Source: a bacterium (GTDB taxonomy: Bacteria > Patescibacteriota > Saccharimonadia > Saccharimonadales > SZUA-47). Taken from it: 64,000 nucleotides of DNA. Made by a program: the position numbers and the translations under genes. The DNA lies in the NCBI GenBank assembly GCA_009923445.1, contig RFTN01000001.1:4523-68522 (forward strand), given 5' to 3'. Shown here one piece after another: positions 30,554-38,658 of this stretch. The notes below the pieces were generated by a model. The model saw only the letters and a list, made by a program, of their open reading frames with translations, searched no databases and was not told the DNA's origin. Numbering within the stretch: position 1 is the first letter of the stretch; the number at the start of each line of letters is the position of its first letter.

Positions 30554-31867
30554 ATGAAAAGACTAGCTGGAGTGATCTTTGTTGTATTATTGTTAGCGCA
30601 AAGCGCAACTTTGTATGCTCTGAGCCCACTTAATGTTGTTATAAGCGAAATACAAACAGAATCTGCCTCAAGTGCATCAGAGGAATTTATAACTATACAT
30701 AACAATAGTGCAGAGGTTGTAGATATAACTGGTTGGCGGCTGCAATACTTTTCAGCCACATCAAAGTCATTTACTTCACCGACGCGAACGATTACTCTTA
30801 TGGGAACAATGAGTGCGGGCTCTGACTTAGCAGTTAGTTCAACAGGTTACACGGCAAAAAACTCTACAATATTTTTTAGTCCAACACTCGCAGCAGCTGG
30901 TGGTCATGTGCGCCTAATTAGTGGCAAAGCACCTAACGAGATTGTGCACGATTTAGTTGGGTGGGGCACGGCCTTGCTACCAGAACAAGAGGCAGCTACC
31001 GGCGTTGATAAAGGATCAATTTATAAACGGGCTGCTATGAACGGCACGCGCATTGATACCGACAACAATAAGGCTGACTTTGCGGTGGTTGCAGAAACTA
31101 ATGTGCCGCCTGTGCAACAACCAACAATAGGTACGGGTACGACCGAGTCGCCAAACCAGAGTACTGCTCAAACGTATGAGGGTTTGATAATAAACGAATT
31201 ATTACCTAACCCAGCTGCTCCAAAGACCGATGCCAACGACGAATTTATTGAGCTATATAATGACTCCGACCAAGCAATAGACATGATTGGGCTAACCCTA
31301 CAAACGGGCACCTCAAATTCTTATAGCTATAAGCTTACGGGAAGTATTGGGCCGCGAATGTATATGGTTTTATATGCAACACAAACTAAACTTACACTCA
31401 GCAATTCTGCAGGTAAGGCACGGGTTATTGACACTCAAGGTGCGATATTAAACGAAACAGCGGCCTATGGTAGCGCCCCTTCGGGTTCAAGCTGGCAGCT
31501 GCATAACGATACCTGGTCTTGGTCACTTAGCCAGACGCCGGGAGCAGTTAATAGCGTACCCAAAACAGATGTTGCAACATCACCGAACGTAAAAGCTGCT
31601 ACGACAACAAAAGCTGTAGTGGGCTCTAGTACAACAAAAGCTTCTACATCAAAGGCCGCAAAGGCTACAAAGCAAAATGCCGCAACTCAAACTAACAAAA
31701 CTCAGGTCAGCGCCGCCGCTCAGCCGGGCGGCTTAAACAAATATGTACTTGTAGGTGTTGGAATACTAGCGCTAAGTTATGTAGTATACGAGTATAGATA
31801 TGATATTGCGCAAAAACTTAGACAATTTAAAAGCAACAGAACGATTAGCCAAAATAATCGCAAGTAA
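30554..31867 (+). CDS. Secreted/cell-surface protein with two lamin-tail (LTD) domains, a Ser/Thr/Ala/Lys-rich linker and a C-terminal TM anchor
   Basis: Signal peptide MKRLAGVIFVVLLLAQSATLYA. LTD signatures VVISEIQ...EFITIHNNS...ITGWRL and LIINELLPNP...EFIELYNDSD...IGLTL. Confidence 0.55.
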   Translation: MKRLAGVIFVVLLLAQSATLYALSPLNVVISEIQTESASSASEEFITIHNNSAEVVDITGWRLQYFSATSKSFTSPTRTITLMGTMSAGSDLAVSSTGYTAKNSTIFFSPTLAAAGGHVRLISGKAPNEIVHDLVGWGTALLPEQEAATGVDKGSIYKRAAMNGTRIDTDNNKADFAVVAETNVPPVQQPTIGTGTTESPNQSTAQTYEGLIINELLPNPAAPKTDANDEFIELYNDSDQAIDMIGLTLQTGTSNSYSYKLTGSIGPRMYMVLYATQTKLTLSNSAGKARVIDTQGAILNETAAYGSAPSGSSWQLHNDTWSWSLSQTPGAVNSVPKTDVATSPNVKAATTTKAVVGSSTTKASTSKAAKATKQNAATQTNKTQVSAAAQPGGLNKYVLVGVGILALSYVVYEYRYDIAQKLRQFKSNRTISQNNRK

Positions 31868-32261
31868 TATTAGGGGCGGCGAAGTTATCGAGCTTGTAAG
31901 CGATGTTGGTGGCGGCAAAACAACTTTTACTAAATTTTTAGTAAAAGCACTGGGGTCTGACGACAACGTAAACAGTCCTACTTTTACTGTAAGTAGGGTA
32001 TATAGTACGCCAACAAAAACAATACATCATTATGATTTTTATAGGCTTACAGATCCGCAGTATGTACTACAGGCACTACAAGAACAAACACAAGATTCTT
32101 CCTCGGTTACGATTATAGAATGGGGGGGTATCGTCAAAAATGTGTTACCTACCGACCGACTAATTATAAAAATTAACAAACATCCCACTAAAGAGACCGC
32201 AAGAATTATGATATTTGAAGTAAGCGCAGTGCATGATTATTTATTGAAGGGAATCGAATGA
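31800..32261 (+). CDS. tsaE: tRNA t6A37 biosynthesis ATPase TsaE (YjeE)
   Basis: GDVGGGKTTFTK P-loop and SPTFT motif. The 5' end overlaps the preceding gene, so the true start may be later. Confidence 0.65.
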   Translation: MILRKNLDNLKATERLAKIIASNIRGGEVIELVSDVGGGKTTFTKFLVKALGSDDNVNSPTFTVSRVYSTPTKTIHHYDFYRLTDPQYVLQALQEQTQDSSSVTIIEWGGIVKNVLPTDRLIIKINKHPTKETARIMIFEVSAVHDYLLKGIE

Positions 32262-32644
32262 TTATAGCTATAAAAACCGATGTCGAATTGGCAGAAATAT
32301 ACATTATTATTGAATCAATAATTGTAAAAAAGCAGTGGCAAGCACACAGGCAGTTACTTAAAACAATTCATTTATCAATTAATGAGTTGCTAATGACAAA
32401 CGGGCTACAACTTGATCAGCTTAGTGGTGTAATTTTTTTTGAAGGTCCAGGTTCGTTTACTGGGCTGCGTATTGGCTGTAGTGTTACGAACGCACTCGCT
32501 CAATCATATAAAACTCCAATAGTAGCTACAAATGGAGAAGACTGGTTAAAAAAAGGCCTGAAACTACTAAGTCAAAACAAAGGCTTACCCATAATTCAAC
32601 CCAACTATGGCGCAGATATACATTACAATCTAGCCATGACTTAA
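32258..32644 (+). CDS. tsaB: TsaB (YeaZ)-like protein, short 128-aa form
   Basis: GPGSFTGLRIGCSVTNALAQSYKTPIV Kae1/TsaB-fold motif. Start overlaps the tsaE stop. Confidence 0.5.
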   Translation: MIIAIKTDVELAEIYIIIESIIVKKQWQAHRQLLKTIHLSINELLMTNGLQLDQLSGVIFFEGPGSFTGLRIGCSVTNALAQSYKTPIVATNGEDWLKKGLKLLSQNKGLPIIQPNYGADIHYNLAMT

Positions 32645-32927
32645 CCAAACTTATATCTCCAGAAAAAAACGTGTAACACAACCTTAAAATATTAACCACA
32701 GGCGGCATGTACGACAAAGTTGGCGGTCAGGGTAAGGAATGAATAGTCGTATACGCTACAGCGATTTAGTTTGCAATTTACACAGGTAAAGCCGTATTAT
32801 ATAAATAGGTTTCGTGCTTGTTATTTGAAACCAAATTATACAATTTTGATTTTCTATAGTTTATAAGCAGCTAATGAAGTGATAGTGATGTTGCCGAACA
32901 CTATAGTCATAGAAGTACAGGAATAAA

Positions 32928-34442
32928 ATGGATATATTAGCTGTTATACTCACAGTTGCTGGGTTAGGTGTTGGCTATGGGGCCAGTACGTACACTACTA
33001 AAAAGAAACTAGGTAGCGCTGAACTTATAGCGACAAAAGAACTAGAAAAAGCCCGTAAAGATGCAAGCAAGATCGTGGACAATGCTAAAAATGAAGCAAA
33101 CGAAATAGCCGACGACGCGCGCCGCGACGAACAAAAACGCCGAAATGAAGTGAAAGATATAGAAAAGCGCTTACTTGCACGCGAAGAAACTCTAGACGGT
33201 AAGCTTGATTCAATTGACAAGCGTAGCGAAAAGTTGCGCGTAGCCGAAGATGAAATCGAAGAACTTAAAACAGAAATTCGCAGTATTCGTACCAAGCAAC
33301 AAGAAAAACTAGAAAAAATTGCCAAGCTAAAACAAACAGAAGCTGCCGAAAAACTCATGCAAATGACCGAGCGAGATATTAAAAATGATCTCAAAGGTTT
33401 AATAAACAAACTTCAAAACGAGGCAAAAGATAACGCCGAAGAGCTAGCTAGCCTGGTGATTGTGCAGGCTATGGAGCGTATGGCAAGTGAAGTTACGGCA
33501 GAACGAACCGTAACAGCACTTAAACTTACCGACGAAGAAATGAAAGGTCGTATTATTGGCAAAGAAGGCCGTAACATTCAGGCTATTCAACGCGCTACTG
33601 GTGTAGACATAATGGTTGACGACACCCCGGGTATGGTAATTTTAAGTTCGTTCGACCCAATTAGGCGCGAAATTGCACGCGTCACTATGGAGATGCTTAT
33701 GAAAGATGGCCGTATTCATCCGGGACGTATCGAAGAGGTTGTTGAAAAAGCCCAAAAACAAGTTCAAAAAGAAGTCATGCATGCAGCCGAAGATGCGGCT
33801 CGTGAAGTTGGTATTGTCGGTATACCTAAAGAAGTATTGCAGTTATTGGGTGAGTTGAAGTTTCGTACTAGCTACGGACAAAACGTTCTTAAGCACAGCA
33901 CCGAAATGGCGCATATGGCAGGTATTATTGCCGAACAATTAGGTGCTAATGTTAAAACTGCAAAATATGCTGCTCTTATTCACGACATGGGTAAGGCACT
34001 TACTCATAAAATGGAAGGTAAGCACCACCATATTAGTGGCGAAATGGCACGAAAATATGGCGTACCAGAAGAAGTTTGTTTGGCAGCCGAGCAACACCAT
34101 GACGACGTAGAAGCAACTTCTGTAGAAGCCATCATCATACGCGTCGTAGACGCCATTAGCGCTGCACGGCCAGGTGCACGTAACATTAGCGCCGAAAACT
34201 TTGCAGAGCGTATGCGTGACCTCGAAAACGTCGCCGTGCAGTTTAAGGGTGTAGACAAGGCATATGCAATTAGTGCAGGACGTGAAGTACGTATTTTTGT
34301 ACGGCCTACCGAAATGGACGACCTCGGTGCAATTAAGCTTGCCCGTGATGTTGCGACCAAAATCGAAAGCACCATGCAGTACCCAGGTACTATTAAGGTA
34401 AATGTTATTCGCGAGACCCGCGCAATCGAGTTCGCTAAATAG
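32928..34442 (+). CDS. rny: Ribonuclease Y
   Basis: N-terminal TM, coiled-coil, KH domain (GRIIGKEGRNIQAIQRATGVDIMVDD) and HD domain (HSTEMAHMAG...IHDMGKA). Confidence 0.85.
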   Translation: MDILAVILTVAGLGVGYGASTYTTKKKLGSAELIATKELEKARKDASKIVDNAKNEANEIADDARRDEQKRRNEVKDIEKRLLAREETLDGKLDSIDKRSEKLRVAEDEIEELKTEIRSIRTKQQEKLEKIAKLKQTEAAEKLMQMTERDIKNDLKGLINKLQNEAKDNAEELASLVIVQAMERMASEVTAERTVTALKLTDEEMKGRIIGKEGRNIQAIQRATGVDIMVDDTPGMVILSSFDPIRREIARVTMEMLMKDGRIHPGRIEEVVEKAQKQVQKEVMHAAEDAAREVGIVGIPKEVLQLLGELKFRTSYGQNVLKHSTEMAHMAGIIAEQLGANVKTAKYAALIHDMGKALTHKMEGKHHHISGEMARKYGVPEEVCLAAEQHHDDVEATSVEAIIIRVVDAISAARPGARNISAENFAERMRDLENVAVQFKGVDKAYAISAGREVRIFVRPTEMDDLGAIKLARDVATKIESTMQYPGTIKVNVIRETRAIEFAK

Positions 34443-34583
34443 TTATCTGTATTTTGCACTCTTTCGGCGTAAAGCTGTGGTCTGCACTTTACCGTATAAA
34501 AATACGGCTCGCTACCGGTCCTCACTTTCCATCCCAAATCGTACTAAAATACAAATAAACTAACTAGCCCTTACGTAAACATA

Positions 34584-34610
34584 AAAAGCTCTTAGTAAAA
34601 GGAGCTTTTT
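34584..34610 (+). terminator. Putative rho-independent terminator (AAAAGCTC...GAGCTTTTT)
   Basis: Stem plus T5 read directly, downstream of rny. Confidence 0.4.
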
Positions 34611-34613
34611 AGT

Positions 34614-34641
34614 TGGTCTGGGATTAAGGACTCGAACCTTC
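34614..34641 (-). other. Orphan tRNA 3'-end fragment (T-arm + acceptor + CCA: GAAGGTTCGAGTCCTTAATCCCAGACCA) with no 5' half
   Basis: T-arm identical to the tRNA-Pro T-arm 550 bp away, but the acceptor differs and no matching 5' acceptor strand is present. Confidence 0.4.
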
Positions 34642-34780
34642 AAATATATACTCGATACTTTTTTATGGATCAAAATAGATTTTAGTTAAAGACATATATT
34701 ATTTCTCTATATTCGAATGATAGCAGGTCTCCAAATAAACATCTTGTCTCGCGTTAGCTGACGCGTGCTATTATATCGCT

Positions 34781-35191
34781 ATGGATAAAGATATATTACG
34801 TGTCGTAGGTGCGGTTTTATGGTGGGCTGAGGGGTCTAAATCTATTAGGGATAAGCGCTGGAAGAATGCCGTTAGTTACCCTATAGAGATAACTAACACT
34901 AATACTGATATTATTAAGATTTTTTTAAGATATATAGTCGAAGTAGTTGGGATACCAAAAGATAGATTAAAAGTTCAGCTACAAATACATGAAAATGATG
35001 ATAAAATTGAGCTCGAGCAGTACTGGTCGCAAGTCACTGGTATAGGCAAAGATATGTTTAATAAAACTATAATTAGACCTATTGGAAACAAACCGGGTAA
35101 AAGCAAAGGTACGTGTAAAATAAGGTGTTATGATAAGGAATTTTATGGTAAAATATATCAAGATTTGCAAAATGTAATTAGCAGTTTGTAG
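34781..35191 (+). CDS. Hypothetical protein in an AT-rich patch, weak LAGLIDADG-homing-endonuclease-like pattern
   Basis: VVGAVLWWAEGSKS followed by FLRYIVEVVGIPKDR resembles the LAGLIDADG helix and following strands. Spacing is atypical and the stop abuts tRNA-Pro (2-nt gap). Confidence 0.25.
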   Translation: MDKDILRVVGAVLWWAEGSKSIRDKRWKNAVSYPIEITNTNTDIIKIFLRYIVEVVGIPKDRLKVQLQIHENDDKIELEQYWSQVTGIGKDMFNKTIIRPIGNKPGKSKGTCKIRCYDKEFYGKIYQDLQNVISSL

Positions 35192-35193
35192 TC

Positions 35194-35270
35194 CGGGGTG
35201 TGGCGCAGTTGGCTAGCGCGTGCGGTTTGGGACCGCAAGGTCGAAGGTTCGAGTCCTTTCACCCCGACCA
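35194..35270 (+). tRNA. tRNA-Pro (anticodon TGG), CCA encoded
   Basis: Hand-folded cloverleaf: perfect 7-bp acceptor CGGGGTG/CACCCCG, anticodon loop TTTGGGA. Confidence 0.85.
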
Positions 35271-35337
35271 TAGTAAGAAGTCGAGTTTATACTCGGCTTT
35301 TTTCTTTGTTTTATAACCTACAGTAATATGCGTTACA

Positions 35338-35994
35338 ATGCTAAGTATGTACTTTGCATTTCTTGCACTTATAATTGTCGGCATTTTATTACTTGTTTCT
35401 GAAGTATTGTGGCGCAAAAAAATAATTTCAGGTGAGTTTGGCCGCAAGTATGTGCATATGTCTATAGGCATATTTATTGCAACATGGCCTTTTTTTATGT
35501 TACTAGAGATTATTCAGCTCATAGGCTGTGCTGCAATAGTTGTACTTTTTTTGTCACGTAAATTTAATATATTCCATGCCATACACGACGTTAAACGTAC
35601 GACGTACGGCGATATACTATACCCACTTAGTATTGTACTAATTTCGCTACTTGCTCAAACCGACTGGATATTTTCATTAGCCGTACTGTTTTTGGCCGTG
35701 CCAGATGGAATGGCTGCCATAGCCGGCAAGAAGTTGGGTAACAAGCACGGTAACATCAACGTGTGGAACAGTAAAAAGACAATAGTTGGCACCTGTACTT
35801 ATGTACTATTTGCTTACATAGTAATTGGAGTTGGTTTGCTTATTGGGGGCAAAAATACATTAGTTTCAAATGCTGGCATTGTAGTGTTATTGCCGCTAGT
35901 GACTGCAATTTTAGAGGTTATATCACCCTACGGTTTAGATAATTTTACCGTACCGCTAGTTGTCGTTTTGACGCTTAATGCTTTAACTGCGTAA
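35338..35994 (+). CDS. CdsA-superfamily membrane protein, dolichol/phytol-kinase-like (CTP-dependent polyprenol kinase candidate)
   Basis: RKYVHMSIG and C-terminal GLDNFTVPL motifs characteristic of the CTP-transferase-1 / polyprenol kinase family. About 6 TM helices. Confidence 0.4.
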   Translation: MLSMYFAFLALIIVGILLLVSEVLWRKKIISGEFGRKYVHMSIGIFIATWPFFMLLEIIQLIGCAAIVVLFLSRKFNIFHAIHDVKRTTYGDILYPLSIVLISLLAQTDWIFSLAVLFLAVPDGMAAIAGKKLGNKHGNINVWNSKKTIVGTCTYVLFAYIVIGVGLLIGGKNTLVSNAGIVVLLPLVTAILEVISPYGLDNFTVPLVVVLTLNALTA

Positions 35995-37821
35995 TTTGCC
36001 CCTATGTGCACGTAGGGCATTTATAATAACTGCTACGTCTACAAGCTCTTGAACAGCAGCACCAGTTGCTGGCTTAAATCTACCAGTTGCAAACACAAGC
36101 ATTAAACCAAGGCTCATTAAAATACCAATCCATATACTTTGTCTAGCTATAAACATTGTACGCTTAGAAATATCTACTGCATCTGCAACGCGTGAAATAT
36201 CGTCTTGCATAATAACAATATCAGCAGTTTCGCTTGCAGCAGTAGATCCTCGGGCGCCAAGTGCAATACCAACGTTTGCTGCGGTTAGTACGGGTGCATC
36301 GTTAACACCATCACCCACAAAGGCAACTGGCTTATGTTCAAGATCCTGAATAGCTATAATTTTATCTGCAGGCAAACATTCTGCCCTGACATCGGTTATA
36401 CCTAATTTTGATGCGATTTTATTTGCTGTTTTTGAGTTATCCCCAGTTACCATTAACAAGTGTTTAACACCTAGCGACTTTAGTCGTTCAAGCGTAGATT
36501 TTGAATTGCTGCGTTGTTCGTCAACAAATGTGATTGCACCTATAACCAACTCGTCAATTGCTAAGTATGAAGCAGTGTGTTCGGTACTGGCTACATCTTT
36601 TGAAAATACTACACCTTGTTCGGTTAAAAAGCGCTGTGTACCAATTCGTACCACACCTTGTCTTGCCGTTGCTTCTAGGCCTCCGCCAGCGAATTCTTTT
36701 ACATGCTTGATTTTAGGTACAGTAACTTTTTTAGTTGTTGCTGCACTTGTTATAGCTACGGCTAGAACATGATTTGAATTTTGTTCTAGGGCTGCAGCTA
36801 GCGCCAATACATCATCTTTTTTGTAGCCATTAAGTGCAATAATATTTTCGACTACTGGCTTGCCCTGCGTGAGTGTTCCGGTTTTGTCAAAAGCAATAGT
36901 TTTGCTAGCAGCTAGTTTTTCGAGAGCAGCACCATTTTTGACAATAACACCATTTTTTGCTGCTCGGCTCATGCCGCTAATCATAGCTATTGGCGCACCA
37001 AGTAATAGCGGACAAGGTGTTGCTACAACTAATACTTGCAAAAAGCGTAAGCTATCACCACTTAATCCCCATGCTAGGCCTGCAATTGTAAATGACAGTA
37101 CTGTAAATGGAATCGCATAACGATCAGCCATACGAACAAAAGGCGCCTGTGAATGTATGGCGCTTTGGACGAGCTTTACTATTTGTTGGTATTGACTGTC
37201 TTGTGCACTGTGCAACACTTTTAAGGTTATTGAACTGCTTAAATTAACACTACCACTTAATACTTTGTCGCCGGATTGTTTGGCGATTGGTAGGCTTTCA
37301 CCAGTAATCGAAGATTCATCTACGCTAGTAATACCGTTTTCAATAATTTCTCCATCGACAGGTATAACTTCACCAGGTTTTACAAGTATCTTATCGCCAA
37401 TTTGAACGGTTTTAATAGCGACATCGCTAATTGTTTTGCCCTTTACAAGGTGAGCTTTTTTTGGCTGGTTATCTAGTAGGGTGCTAAGTTCTTTTTTTGC
37501 GCGGCCCTCAGCGTAATCTTCGAGCGCTTCACCACCGGTGAGCATGAGCACAATGATCATTGCTGTCCAATATTCTTTAAATAAAAGCGCAGAAACTATT
37601 GCTGTAATTGCCAAAATATCTAGACCGTAATTACCGTCACGAAATGATTGCCACATGCCTGTTAATAGTGGTATTAGTGACCCAATTGCCGTAATGCTTA
37701 GTAATAGGTGCGCGTACTTATCTTGGTTAGCGAGGTCTAGCCCTAAACTTACAAGCATAGCGACAACAACTAACGCAAAATGCTTGTATTCTTTAACAAA
37801 TGATTGTAATTTTTTAATCAT
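35983..37821 (-). CDS. P-type cation-transporting ATPase (P1B-like, TPCP transmembrane motif, no N-terminal metal-binding domain)
   Basis: DKTGTLT phosphorylation motif, TGDN, GDGVNDAP hinge. TM6 carries TPCP. Confidence 0.8.
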   Translation of the reverse strand: MIKKLQSFVKEYKHFALVVVAMLVSLGLDLANQDKYAHLLLSITAIGSLIPLLTGMWQSFRDGNYGLDILAITAIVSALLFKEYWTAMIIVLMLTGGEALEDYAEGRAKKELSTLLDNQPKKAHLVKGKTISDVAIKTVQIGDKILVKPGEVIPVDGEIIENGITSVDESSITGESLPIAKQSGDKVLSGSVNLSSSITLKVLHSAQDSQYQQIVKLVQSAIHSQAPFVRMADRYAIPFTVLSFTIAGLAWGLSGDSLRFLQVLVVATPCPLLLGAPIAMISGMSRAAKNGVIVKNGAALEKLAASKTIAFDKTGTLTQGKPVVENIIALNGYKKDDVLALAAALEQNSNHVLAVAITSAATTKKVTVPKIKHVKEFAGGGLEATARQGVVRIGTQRFLTEQGVVFSKDVASTEHTASYLAIDELVIGAITFVDEQRSNSKSTLERLKSLGVKHLLMVTGDNSKTANKIASKLGITDVRAECLPADKIIAIQDLEHKPVAFVGDGVNDAPVLTAANVGIALGARGSTAASETADIVIMQDDISRVADAVDISKRTMFIARQSIWIGILMSLGLMLVFATGRFKPATGAAVQELVDVAVIINALRAHRGKLRS

Positions 37822-37865
37822 AAAAACTCCAGTTCTTATCTGTTATTGTATCAGCTAGTAGGCTT

Positions 37866-37892
37866 ATAAAAAAGCCCCACAAGTGTGAGGCT
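37866..37892 (-). terminator. Rho-independent terminator downstream of the minus-strand tRNA cluster
   Basis: Hairpin AGCCCCAC-aagt-GTGAGGCT (8-bp stem with one internal C-A mismatch) followed in minus sense by TTTTTTAT. Confidence 0.5.
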
Positions 37893-37899
37893 GTTTATT

Positions 37900-37977
37900 T
37901 GGGGCGAGCTATGGGGATCGAACCCACGACCTTCGGAACCACAACCCGACGCTCTAACCAACTGAGCTAAGCCCGCC
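37900..37977 (-). tRNA. tRNA-His (anticodon GTG) with encoded G-1 and discriminator C
   Basis: Hand-folded: extra 5' G pairing with C73, anticodon loop TTGTGGT. Confidence 0.8.
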
Positions 37978-38039
37978 ATAAACAGGGGTAATTATATCGT
38001 ACTATACGTAAAAAATCTAGACCTTAGGCATTGATAAGG

Positions 38040-38320
38040 TTATATATACACTAAGAATGGATTTGACCTGCGTTCTACGGGCCCAAAACTACTTCACCCC
38101 CCAGTATTCTTCACCCCGACCTTTTTGGTCGGGCGTTCGAACCCCCGATTTTCCAAATAAAAAGCCCGCCTTGCAGACGGACTCTTTATTTGGCACACCA
38201 AGGAGGGATTCGCCTTGCCGGCAAATCAAAAAATAGATTTGCCCACGGCAACCCTTGGGGCTAAAGGGGCGGGGTTAGTCCACTGGACTAACCCGTTCGA
38301 ATCCCAACAAATAAACCAAT
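38040..38320 (-). other. ~280-bp non-coding region packed with short hairpins and degenerate tRNA-like (T-arm/acceptor) fragments. No canonical cloverleaf found.
   Basis: Fragments such as GGCGAATCCCTCCTTGGTGTGCCA (diverged copy of the tRNA-Arg 3' end) and TTCGAACCCCCGA. Perfect hairpins GGTTAGTCC/GGACTAACC and CCCGACC-ttttt-GGTCGGG. Confidence 0.3.
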
Positions 38321-38345
38321 TTAAAAAGCGGTGACAAGCACCGCT
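38321..38345 (-). terminator. Rho-independent terminator immediately after tRNA-Arg(TCT)
   Basis: AGCGGTG-acaag-CACCGCT 7-bp stem followed in minus sense by TTTTTAA. Confidence 0.5.
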
Positions 38346-38353
38346 CCTTAAAT

Positions 38354-38430
38354 TGGTACACCCGGAGGGATTCGAACCCCCGACCTGTGGGATAGAAGCC
38401 CATTGCTCTGTCCAGCTGAGCTACGGGTGC
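38354..38430 (-). tRNA. tRNA-Arg (anticodon TCT), CCA encoded
   Basis: Hand-folded: acceptor GCACCCG/CGGGTGT, anticodon loop CTTCTAT. Confidence 0.85.
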
Positions 38431-38532
38431 ATACCTAGAATAAGATTATAACAGATTATCAAACTGCTACAGTAGTGGCACATCATCAACTACAAAGTAA
38501 AAGACCATGTACGAATACATGGTCTTTTACTA

Positions 38533-38607
38533 TGGTGCGGGTAGAGGGAATCGAACCCACGTCTCAAGTTTGGAAAACTTGCATACTAACCGTTGTACTA
38601 CACCCGC
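38533..38607 (-). tRNA. tRNA-Trp (anticodon CCA), CCA encoded
   Basis: Hand-folded: anticodon loop TTTCCAA, 4-nt variable loop, one U-U mismatch in the T-stem. Confidence 0.7.
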
Positions 38608-38658
38608 AGTATATTTTAGCTTAGCAGACATGTGATTATCAGTAAAATTTTTTAAATA

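Noticed and set aside
38040-38345. tmRNA, RNase P RNA or SRP RNA identity for the hairpin-rich region
   Set aside because: I could not find the tmRNA acceptor pairing or tag-reading frame ending in Ala-Ala-stop, RNase P CR-I/CR-IV/CR-V motifs, or the SRP GGAAGCAGC domain-IV motif by eye. It is left as unassigned tRNA-like/structured sequence pending covariance-model search.
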